Below are positions 43,185 to 54,600 of a DNA stretch of 64,000 nucleotides, one piece after another. The DNA lies in NCBI GenBank assembly GCA_964247055.1, contig OZ176050.1, forward strand, positions 11,470,001 to 11,534,000, written 5' to 3'. Positions within the stretch are counted from its first letter, which is position 1, and each line of letters opens with the position of its first letter. This stretch comes from Paragordius varius (Eukaryota > Animalia > Nematomorpha). A program made the translations under genes and the position numbers. The notes under the pieces were generated by a model. The model was not told the DNA's origin. It saw nothing but the letters and a program-made list of their open reading frames with translations, and made no database searches.

Positions 43185-43789
43185 ATAATTTGATTGTTAA
43201 AATATAATGATTAAATAAAAACAACCTGTTTGAGTGTGGCTAATATAATTTGATTGTTTAAATTTAATGGTTGAATGTGAACAATACCCGTATGAGTATG
43301 GTTAATATAATTTGATTGTTAAGTTATAATGGCTAAATGCAAACCCTATGAGTTTGGTTAATATAATTTGATTGTTCAAAATGGGTGAATGCATACCATA
43401 CTGAAGGGTATGTATTATATGGTTAATATAAACCCCTTTTAAAAGCCGAATGCATACGATACAGGAATTAATGTAGTTAATATAATTTTTTAAATAAAAG
43501 ACTGAATTACAATGCGCGCATAATTAATATAATAAATGTTACCCAGTGCCATGCATGCTAAACCAGCCCAAGCATGGTTAATAGATTGACTCTTGAAAAG
43601 TTGTGCCTGAATGCGTAAAATATTGGTATCAGTATGGTTAATATAAATTAATGTTGAAAAGTAGTGGTTGATGGTTGACAATAACCGTAAGGTATGGTTA
43701 ATATATTTGATTATTAAAATGTAGTGGCTAATATTATTATTAAAAAATATAATTGATTCTTGAACATATCCGTATGAGTAAGGCAAAAT
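43185..43789. repeat. Strongly decayed continuation of the 62-bp satellite
   Basis: Near-intact monomers at 43185-43380, then residual GGTTAATAT-type motifs at roughly 55-60 bp spacing, ending in CCGTATGAGTA at ~43770-43780. Confidence 0.88.
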
Positions 43790-46700
43790 AATAATTATTA
43801 TGATATCCACTTTGGAGTTGTCATATCCGTAAACTATTTCGCCATAGAACCGTATCTATTGCGTCCGCGCATTTTAGGTTCAGTTTTGCCATGTCCCTCT
43901 TAACTGTATCTAACTATCGCGTTTTATGGCGCCATCTTCCTCTCTTACCTTTCACAATATAATCATCAATCTTTTTACCAATGTAATCATTATCTCTTCT
44001 TTCAACATGTCCGAACCATCTTAAACAATTTACCATCATCTTTTGCACCGGTTTGATTTTCGTACTTCCTCTTATGTAGACATTCTTCACCTTGTAATTC
44101 CTCGTTACACCGCACATCAATCTAAGCATCATTTCAGTAACCTCAAAGTGCCTCTCTTCTGATTTCTATAATGCCCATGTCTGTGAGTTGTACATAACTG
44201 TTGGATGTACAACAGCACTGTAAGTCTTCCTCGTGGGTCAATATTTTTCTCGCACAAAACATTTGAAATCTATTTAGAATTTCCGCAACTATTACGAATT
44301 CTTAAATTTATATCATGCGTTAAAGAACCATCTGCTGCTAAAATCACTCCTAATAATGCATTCCTCCTGACCCTTTAATACCCACCCTTCTTCTAATTCC
44401 ATTTCTCGTTTTTTCCACGGATATTCGTAAGTTTAAATTTTTAACCGCATCGTGGTTACACATCAATCCATTTGCTCACCAATTCTTTCGATTCACGCAA
44501 CTCGTCAGACAGCACTATTATGTCGTCTGTAAAAAATATCAGGCACCATGTTGCCGCACTTCTTTTGAAATTCCGTCCATGCATATCATAAATATTAACG
44601 GACTGATTGCTGACCAAGATGCATTGGTTCATTTCTATAGAATCTGACACTCCCTGGTGTGTTTAACTTTGGTATGGTGAAAGCCGTACATGCTTTTTAG
44701 AAATTTTTATGTAACTTTTAGGGAAGTTTTCTTGTCCTCAACTCCACCATATTACACTCCGTGGTATTCTGTCAAACGCCTTTTCAATATCGATTAAAAT
44801 ACCAAGCAACTCCATTTTCATTTCTATATGCTTTTCATTTAGCCAACTTACTGCGTGAACCGGATAGATGGTGGACTGAAATAAAATTAAATTGATTACT
44901 CGCTATACTAACCATTTTTCTCATTCGTTTCTCTAGTATTTTCTCAAACACATTGTATGCGACATCAATCTTATCCCTCTAGAATTTTTACAATCATTTA
45001 TAACTCCTTGCCCTTAAAAATGGGAACAGTGAAATTATCCTTCCATTCGGATGGTATTATTCCTGTAATAACTACATTATTAAAAACATCCTTTTAAAAT
45101 CCAACACCTTTCTCATTAATTTCCAACAGTGTATATTATTGTCGGGTACTGCAGCTTTATTCATAGATATCTCTTCTAAACCAACCTGGACTTCATTTTT
45201 TGCTATACTTTCAATATGCGCAGATACATAATCTATTGTTTCGGGTAAATTCGTTTCACTGACTCCCAATTCAAGGTCTTGGAAACACTCTTTCCACCTT
45301 TTCAAAATTTTTTCTCCCTTAACGAGTAATTTACCGTTTTTGTCTTTAATAGCGATCGCATAAGGGGGCAAATCCAGTCTTCTTCTATGTCTTTGTCGAG
45401 TAATTATAATAACTTTGTTTAGACCTTGCTTACTGTTTAACTCCTCATATAAGGATTCTGTTTTTTCTTTTTTGACCATTCTCACAAGCTTTTGTCCTTA
45501 TTAATCATTTTGTATCTTTCCTTACCTCTGCTTGGTGGGTAAACAAAACCTCCACATTTAACAATTTTCTCTTTCGCAATTTCAAAATTATTATTTCGTC
45601 TTTCAGCCAGGCCTCTCTATACACTTGATTTCTACCATTTTTCATTCCACACACCTTAACTCCCGCCACTTTAATTGTTTTAGCCACCTGAAATTAAATC
45701 CTTTATGGGCTGATCCTGTTTAGTATGCCTACAGTTTCTACAAATCTATCTTTAGTGTTTTTTAAGGAAACCCATTTGATTACTTTCGGCGCTATAAGTT
45801 TATGCTTTTTAGGATATATTGGTGTATGTCTTATTACATATAATTAAACTATGTTGTGTACTAATTTGCAAGTTAGGTATGACTTTGCAGTCCTCAACAT
45901 ACTTTAAGGATTTCTGCGATACAAGGATATAATCGATTTGTGATTTCTTATTTCCACTTTCGTGGGTAATTAAATGGCTATTACTTTTAGTAAAAAAGGT
46001 ATTTGTTACAGCTAAGTTATAAGATTGAGCAAATCATAATAAACTAACCCCTTCTTCATTTATAACCCCCTAGCCTTACCCATGCCAAGGTTCAAAACCT
46101 CTTTTAGTTTGACCCACATCCCCACAAATCACCACAAAATTAGATTCCTTATTTCGTTAATGAAGTCATTTCTTCGTCTATCAAAACATAAAATTTATCT
46201 TTCTCCGGCTTAGTTAACCCTATCCGGGGAGCATAAACGCTAAAGATGGTGAAAACCCTCTTATTAAACAATAGGTCGACACTTTTAATTTTACTGTCAG
46301 CACGTCTAACCTCAATTACTTGATTGGCAAATCTTGGACACACTATTATGGCGACACCACTGTAATCATCTGTAGAACTTGAATAAAACATTTTATACTT
46401 ACCCTCTAACGTCTTAGTGCCGTTTCCATGATATTCCGTCTCCTGAATGCACGATAATTTCTATTATAGCACAAGTCGACAAATTAGCCGACAGGATTTT
46501 GGAGACTTGTTTCATCCATTCAAATAGTTTTTATTTTATTAACAAAAGAGAGGAGAGAAAAGAACTCAACAAGGTCAGTAAAGACTTCTTAAAAGGATCA
46601 GATTATTTAAAATATTTATCACTCCAAGAAAAACAAAGAGAAACCACATGGACATCACACTTTACATTTTTTGTTTTTATCATTATGATATAGTTCAATT

Positions 46701-47170
46701 TAAAAAAATTACGAGAGTTCAAATTATTATTTTAACATAAAATATTGGTTCTCGTTGACAATATTACCCTTTTACCCTCACAGTTTCAACTAAATCATAT
46801 AACTTACTTCTTAACGAACCAACATCTATATTTGCAAAACACCCTCTACAACATTCCTTACCCCTATTGGCCCCTACCTCCGTGCAGCGACTGGCCAGGT
46901 GCCTTAAAAAACATCCATAAAAAATACAATTAATAAGAATAATAATAGGTAAAAAAATAAACACTAAATATATAGTAACTAATAGTTAAATGAAACCAAA
47001 AAATGAAACCAAAAAATTGAACCACAAAATTGATAAATAATTCAATAAATAAAAATGAAAAATAAAAGATGCATTTTTACAACGGAGGTCGGAATATGTA
47101 ATATACTTCAAATAAAACGAAAAATAGAAAAATTATAAAAATATTATAAAGGTAATTTCGCTCATTTTTT
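43790..47170 (-). mobile_element. Full-length-size (~3.4 kb incl. insert) degenerate RTE-clade LINE (APE endonuclease + RT)
   Basis: APE motifs: NIDVGSL..K, CIQET, SGVAIIV, SVYAP, GDL, NEEG, LAVTNTFF, SQIDYILV. RT motifs: DIEKAFD, S.ISPLIF, WCL.FTDDI, EMMLRLMCGVTR..VKNVYIRG, LRWFGHVERR, GKRGRW. The 3' tail reads TAATAATTATT. It is flanked by the exact 15-bp repeat TGAGTAAGGCAAAAT at 43775-43789 and 47171-47185. Many stops and frameshifts. Confidence 0.93.
46465..46761 (-). mobile_element. ~300-bp insertion inside the RTE endonuclease, solo-LTR-like
   Basis: It splits the contiguous APE motif ..LVETVRVK / IEII-CIQET. TATTA occurs at 46462-46466 and 46762-46766. On the minus strand it starts TGTCAAC and ends GCTATA (TG..CA with one change), with AATAAA roughly 65 nt before the end. 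The insertion itself is solid; LTR identity is inference. Confidence 0.55.
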
Positions 47171-47185
47171 TGAGTAAGGCAAAAT
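47171..47185 (+). repeat. Right copy of the RTE target-site duplication (left copy 43775-43789)
   Basis: Exact 15/15 match TGAGTAAGGCAAAAT, followed by the satellite motif GATTGTTAA. Confidence 0.9.
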
Positions 47186-47589
47186 GATTGTTAACTATCT
47201 TTCATAACCCAACTACTCTTCTAAGAATCATTAATCATAGGAATTAACTTAATTAGACAAGAAGGACATAAGATATATATGGAAAGTCATCTTCGAAGAT
47301 TAAGTCCACATTAACTCTTTTTTTACCTAAAGTTGCTGTTTTCTTATGTTTGTTATAAGGTCAGAATCTATTCTTTATTATACGCGGTGCCATACCTTTC
47401 ATTGATTTAACTTATTATATTAATTTTTCGGTTTAATTGGATCGAATAAAAATGAAAACAGTTGTTTATTGTATAAGTAGCAAATAATTATTACATATTT
47501 CCATTTCTACATTTCCCTGTTGACAACGGAAATACCCTATAATTATCCTAAATGTACAATTTAATTACCCTTTTATATGACGCGTTTTA

Positions 47590-48184
47590 ATGAATTTGCA
47601 TATTTTTATCCCAATGCGGAACTAACAGTTTACCGACTTTGACCTTGCAAAGCGGCCATCAACACCAATGCCGAATCGCTTAGGCAAAACCATTCTTTGT
47701 GTCTCGTGAGACCAAAGCGGTATGAACTTTTGAGGTCCCTGAATATCGTTAGTACATAACACTCACTATTAACAAAAACATAATTAAAACCCCACATTGA
47801 TCGATAAACAACCGGAATAAACCAGAGAAAATGGCATGATCTTGTTACATCACAATGCTCTCACACAGCAAAACCAGTAAAAGACACCTTAAAATCACTT
47901 CAATTGAATTATCTGTATTCTCGAACCTACCTGACTTGGCGACATCTGTCTAAAACAACTTTGCATCAATGGGGCACACCCTCGCAGAGTAGTAATTCAA
48001 TAACTTCGAAGATGTTGGAAAATGGTATGACAAATGCTTTTTTGTATAAGAAAATTATATTTTTCTGGTATGTCATTCATATACTACTTAAGAAATGAAT
48101 GTGTAGACGCTGTTTGAATCAAATAATTGATTTTTAAAATTATATTTTTTAAAAACCGGTAAATACTTTTACATACACCTAATA
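47590..48184 (+). mobile_element. Decayed mariner (DD34D-type) transposon remnant: 3' half of transposase plus right TIR
   Basis: Frameshifted translation gives PN R.GK.ILCV..DQSG, ILLH.NA.SHTAKPVKDTLKSL, PDLA.S....FASMGHTLAE..F..FEDVGKW.D, FFW..IH.L, matching Mos1-like transposase as recalled. The 3' end AAAAACCGGTAAATACTTTTACATACACCTAA (48151-48182) followed by TA is a mariner-type TIR with TA site. No 5' TIR was found; the left boundary is approximate. Confidence 0.82.
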
Positions 48185-48697
48185 CCAGTTGTTAAGCGTC
48201 TTAAATTTACATCATATCTCAATACAACAATCGAATTTGTTTTTTATAGTATTAAAATATTCCTGGTTAATATTTTTGGAACGGAGAGAAAGACAAAATA
48301 AGTTTGAAACCATTGCTAAAATTATTTAGGTATATAAAACATATCTCATTAATAAACATGATTGATATGATATAATAGACATTTACTAGCAAATTTAATA
48401 GATAAATAGTTGAATGCAATTGTCAAACATTTTTGGCGGTGTATAAAGATTGCAGTAATACAAAAAAGGTAGTAAACAACAAATAAGTGTATCAAAAATA
48501 TCTATGTGGAAAATATTTACAAACAAGGTGTCAAAATATCTCATCCGTATATACATATTTTAAAAATATCTATAATGTTGCATTGCTAGACTTTGTTGAG
48601 ATTAATTAATATGTATAAAATTATAAAAATATATATCATAATAATCTCAAAAGTATTGTAGAATATCCAAAATTTGTAAATTATCCGTTGTTTAAGG

Positions 48698-51600
48698 TTA
48701 ACTTGGTGAAATGGATTCTTTTTTAACCCATTGACCAGAAGGTGTTCTCATAAGTGTATGAGAAAGTTTTGGGGATGTTTGTTGACCCAACAAGTCTTTA
48801 CCGACGCATGAAGGGGAATCAATGTAATTTTTACCGTGTATAGTGTTAACCGTGGTCTCAGTTATGACTGGAGCTTGATTGGGCATTAATTTTATTTTAG
48901 TTTTTAAACCGGTTGTTATGGTTTGTGAGGTATTAGAATTTGTGGTTACTGTTTGGGATAGAGCATTCGCAGCGGCTAAACTGTTTCTCATACGAGCGGT
49001 AACATATTTTTTGCGTGGTTTAGAATGAGAATTTGTTGTCTGATTGCAAATAGATTGTTGTAAATTAGTTTGACTTTGTTGTTTATTTGATACAATGTTA
49101 TGAGACTTGTTGAGCGATGCAGATTCGATAGAATCTACATCTATACTCATATTGTCATTCACACTATTACAATCATAGTAAGATTGGTCAGACCATAAAG
49201 ATGGATTGCCTTCACTAAGCCTGCAAAATATTAAATAAATATGATTATGGAAATAATGAAGTAATTTGAACGCAAAATATGCATGAGGCAAAAAACTTAA
49301 ATCATAATATACTTGTCCAAATTTAGGCCATTTAGTTGAGAGTTAAGGGAATGATTTAGATGATGAGTTTTAAACGTAACATCTAAATAAAATACAGTGA
49401 ATGATATAATTGATTGTGATAAATTTTATTACTAAATATAATTTTCTAACTATTATTGAAATAAAAGAAACAATCATGTCGATCATAAAATACCAACCGG
49501 AAAATATATTGTCCGTTTTGCCCGTTGTTATGTTAGCATTTTGATTGTTATTGCCTGTTAAAGTAGATGATGCCATAGGAGGCTTGGAAGAAATACTGCT
49601 GCCACTTAGTACAAAATTATCGTAAATGGAGATTAGTTCCGTTATTTTGTATAATTCTAGGACGACAAAATCATGTAGGTCTGGGCTCATGCGTCGAGCG
49701 CATTCAAAACAATGTACTATGCTGGCATTTTGGACAAACAGAAGGTTAAACGTTTCGATTTCACATTTATCACAATAATGGGCTGTCATTTCGCCTGGTG
49801 CCACTCCATGAAATATAATCTCTTTCCCTAGCAACATAGGAGATTCATCATTTGATTTATGTTTATTTGGGCCTATGTCTTGAGAGTTTTTAGTTGATTC
49901 AGACGCATTTTTTGTTGATAAATTTGTCGTCAATAAATTAGATTGATGGGCCGATGATGGTAAGTAAGACAAAATTTCTCGGATCGTAAATATATAACGT
50001 AGACTTTTATGTAGGGTAGATCTATTTTACAATTAAAATAATAATTATAAAGGCAAAACGCAAAAATAGAGGATTAATTTTTTTATGTAGAGAGCCACTC
50101 ATTTAGTTTGATTTTTTCTTTACAACCTAAATAATTATGATTGAATTGTGAGATATATATACATGTGTAAATTTCATCTCTATATACATTTCAACCTAAG
50201 ACGATATAGTATATTAAAATAAATGGAATAAAAGATATCGTGGCTTCATGGAAAACTTTCCCTATATTTCAATTTTTACTGTATATATATATAAACATAT
50301 TAATACTGATTAGTAGTATTTGATTAATTTTTAACTATAAATGCATAACAATTAAAGTAATAAATTTGGCATATACTTGAGCAATTGAAATAAATATTTT
50401 TCGGTAATTTTAACGTTTCGCACCAAAGCCCACGAGAGATGTATCATAGGAACTAAACTTTTGTATTGTTGCAATTTATTCCATTCATAATGCAACATGG
50501 CTGATTCGTATTGGTATGATGTTATTGGTCCCACGTTCCACGCTATATTGTTGCACCACCCCTAATAAGTTAATAAGTATAAGATGATCGTCATTTCTCA
50601 CATATATTTTAAGCTTGTATAAAAAACTTTTAAAAAGTATAATTGTGTAAAATAAAATATGGATATAAGAATATTAAGACTATCCAATAAATAATAACTA
50701 TGAAAGACCATTTATTTACATAATCTAAATTATGTGAAAATTATATAGAATTTATTATCCGCATCATGGCCAAAAAATATTTATCTATATTGTAATTTTT
50801 GATTAAAATACATGGCAAAAATATTTTTCCTGGTCAAATATCATTTTTTTTGGTTTTATCCTAATTTTAAATGTGATCTAATAGCCAATATTATTTAAAA
50901 AGTTAATTAAGATAGTAAGGCCTATTTATCAATTATAAAATTTTATAAAAAATTTTGCAGTTATATTTTACCGATGCTTGAACCCAATGCACAGTGCCAG
51001 CATTAATCCAAACCACATCTCCTGGCCGTTGTGTACATGTCATGTAAGGTATATTATATCTAGATAGATATACAAAATATTTTTATCAACTGAATAAAAA
51101 AATAATAATTACAATAAACATAATATTATTTAAAATTAAAAATATAAAGTTGAGCATTAATGAAAATTTTAAATGTAATTCTCGTTTACTAGGCGACATT
51201 CACTTATTGATGTTGTTTGCAACGAATTATTTAAAACCACGCAATTTAACCAATCCATAACATAATATAAACACAGTTAACATTAAAATTATAAGAGCAA
51301 AATTCTTTTAAATATACAAACACACTGATCTTAGGTAAAACATATAACAATGGTTTATATATATATGAATTTACATCTTAAATTTTTATTGTGTAGTACA
51401 AAACAAGAGGTTATAAGTTAAAAATTAAGGTTGAAATTATATAAAAAAAATTTGCAAAAACCTCTTAGTTTTACGTTTCTTTTTAATGCATCTAATTTGG
51501 ATATTCAGAAAAAATGGTATATATTATATGTTAAAATTAATTTTCAAAAGTTATCAAACAAAAAATTAAAAAATTTACCTATCAAGTTCAGAAAGGTCAC

Positions 51601-54600
51601 CAGGCCACCAACTTCCTTTAAGAAAATCAACACCTCGGGCCGTACATAAATCAACCAGGGCGCCCCAATATTCATCTTGAACGCCAAACCATTCGGTATC
51701 ACCTGGTCCTTTAAATAAAAACGCAAATATATAAAAATTGTATGAAATTGTTATAGCTACAGAGATAGTAAACACGTTTAGAAAGTAAACACATTATGAT
51801 GGTAGTTTTTGTGAAAATTTTGAAAATATATATATATATTTAGATAAAAAATATCCGATTTGCATTCCAAAAATATATATTTATGTAATATCTAAATGAT
51901 AAATTCCGTCAAAATACTAGAAAAGCTATAAGATTTTTTCGCTATCGGCCAAAAAATTCGCATTTATATAGCATATTTGGTTGAATAAATTTCAATACTA
52001 TAATGGAAAAGGCGCATAAATTTTTTAACATGCGCCATAAAGATAATCTTTAACGCAAAATACAATCAATTATGAAGTTACATTTTTTCTAAATGCCCAT
52101 TGAAAGGACTAACAAAAAAATTAAATGTAAAATATAGGTCTTTGGCTCCAAATTTGAATCAAAGTAACTTGCGATAATGCGGTAAAAGATTTAAATTTAT
52201 TTAGTATATATAACTTAATATGCGTTCAAAACATGTATAATCTTTATATAAAAAAAATTTTTTAAGTATTCTATATTTATTAAACCTTTAATAATTATAT
52301 AATTGTTTTATACTTAACAATATGATGCATTTTAGTATATAGTTTTTGTTGCATACCTATATTAATATTAACGGAACAAAAGTTGAGATTTTCTCGATGA
52401 CCAGGTGTCCGACAACCAGGAACTTTCATATACAATTGTACACTGTTCATTCCAAGGACTGTGTGACCCAAATGGGATAACATATTGTTTTGTAGGGAGT
52501 TTACCTTACACATGAAAAATTTAAATTAATTAAATAGAACAAGGCAAAAATAATTGATTATTGGATAATGTATATATAATTAAGGCAATATTTATAATTT
52601 ATTTGATTCGATTGAGATACAGCAAGTTTACCTCATGCATAAAAAATTTAATTAAAAAAAACCATCTTTAAATACCGAAAAATGGAAATTATCTTTTAAA
52701 TGCAGAAAAAAGGAATAAATACACAAATGAAATTAAAAAGATTATTTTCATAAATAAAACCATATTTTAAACCTGTTTATTTTTAAGATCACCTATTGTT
52801 TCGGGTTGCAAAAAAAGTAATAGGGATGTAAATTGGTAACACATTCATCAATTATTATTTTACAGAGAAAATCAAACAAAAAATAATGTTATCCTTATTA
52901 AAAATATTAATCTTTTTTACGTTTTGTCCTCATAATTTTAATTTTATAATAATTTATAAAAGCAATAATTATAATTTAATATATTATAAATTTTCATTTA
53001 TTACAAGAAGGTTGGTATTCAAACCAAAAGAAAATTTTATTTGAAGCAAAAAATATATGCACGGTATATAATTGCATTTTATAAAACAATTAAGTAGTAA
53101 TTAAAATTTTGCATTTCAATAAATTAGAAATGCGTCTGATGTCTCATATTAACACATTTGATGAAATAATAATTCAGGGCTAGGATTTAGTTGGCACAAA
53201 TATTTAATTTTTTGATAAAATACATATATATACCTTTAAAAAATTAGGTAATTTGTTTAATTCTTGCAACTGATCCGCCCATTTTTGTGGATCTGATAGA
53301 TCGACATTTGTCCCAAAGAGTATTTTTTTAAAAGGGGGAATGTCTTTAATGAGTTTTCCGCTAAAATTTAAATGAAATTATTGTAAAATAATTTTTGAGA
53401 AAAAAGGGTCGATTAAATAAATTAGTAAATTTGGTATATATACTCTTCATTTCCTTCTGTTGGATCTATAGCATGACTCTTGTTATTTTTTTCTTCCTAA
53501 AAAATTGAGAAAAAATTATCATTTCAATGGTTATTATTCAATTTTTCAATAAATAAAACACAATTCCACTGCATATTGATATAAAAAACAGAATAATGCT
53601 ATTAATTTTTTTAACCAAAAGAATTACTTACTTCAAGCGCTTTTTTAAACGATGTTCCTTGGTATTTAGCATATTTTAGGAGTGGCATAAAATGTCGAGT
53701 ACTAACACATTTCCAAACCGTTTTGCGTCCAGTTCTAAGATCACTATAATTCTTATGAAGTGGATATTTAGCCTGTGCCCTTACCTCAATCAGGTGATCT
53801 GGGTGAGTTTTGACCAAAGTTTTAGTCGAATAAAGTCCCAAATCAAGTTTCAGACATTGACTTAAACCTATTTGTTTATTTAAAAACAATGAGTTTTATT
53901 GCAATTCCAATATTTAGATACCTATTTTACATTTTGCAAAGTGTAGGTGAATAGTTTATGGTTTTATTTTTGATATAGGTTTACCATGATCTTTCGAATA
54001 CATGGTGTATCAAATCTTAAAAATATAAGAATGAAAAATATTTAAATATGTAAAACTTTTTGTTGCCACACTTATGGAAAACAAACATAAATAAGATAAA
54101 AAACACCTATTCGGACAAGATTTTAACACAGATAATATAGAACAATTTCATTTGTACACACAGATTACTAAAATGGTAAATACACAGTTCACTTATATTT
54201 GAATCATAAAAAAATTTATTACCCTTTATAAGGGCCATAGGGTGAGACAAGCAAAATGTTTTAAGATCAGAAGCATGGGCCTGCTTTTTCCCAGCAACAT
54301 GAATGGTAGGGACATCTTTGCTAATATCTTCAGAACTTCCAATTTGCTGCGTCGTAAAAACTGAAGATATGGAATCTTTTTTACCGCCCCCGGATTTTTT
54401 GGTGTCAGAAAGGGGTGTTTTAACATTATTACCTGATGGATTGGGGGTCATTTTAAGTGATTTATTATTAGTATCATTGATGTTTATGTTATGTCCACCG
54501 GTGCCTAAAGCAAAATACATATACTTAATAAACGATGTCTAGGATTATTATTATTAAAATTTTAAAATGATTTGATAAACATGTTAAATATTATATGGAC

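Noticed and set aside
43490-43810. 106-aa ORF
   Set aside because: It lies over decayed satellite and has the same I/Y/N-biased composition as satellite translations.
46499-46933. Plus-strand ORFs 46499-46693 and 46745-46933
   Set aside because: They are short, motif-free, and overlap the insert and the antisense of the RTE.
52011-52036. Small intronic hairpin GGCGCAT-N12-ATGCGCC
   Set aside because: A 7-bp stem alone is not enough to call an RNA or element.
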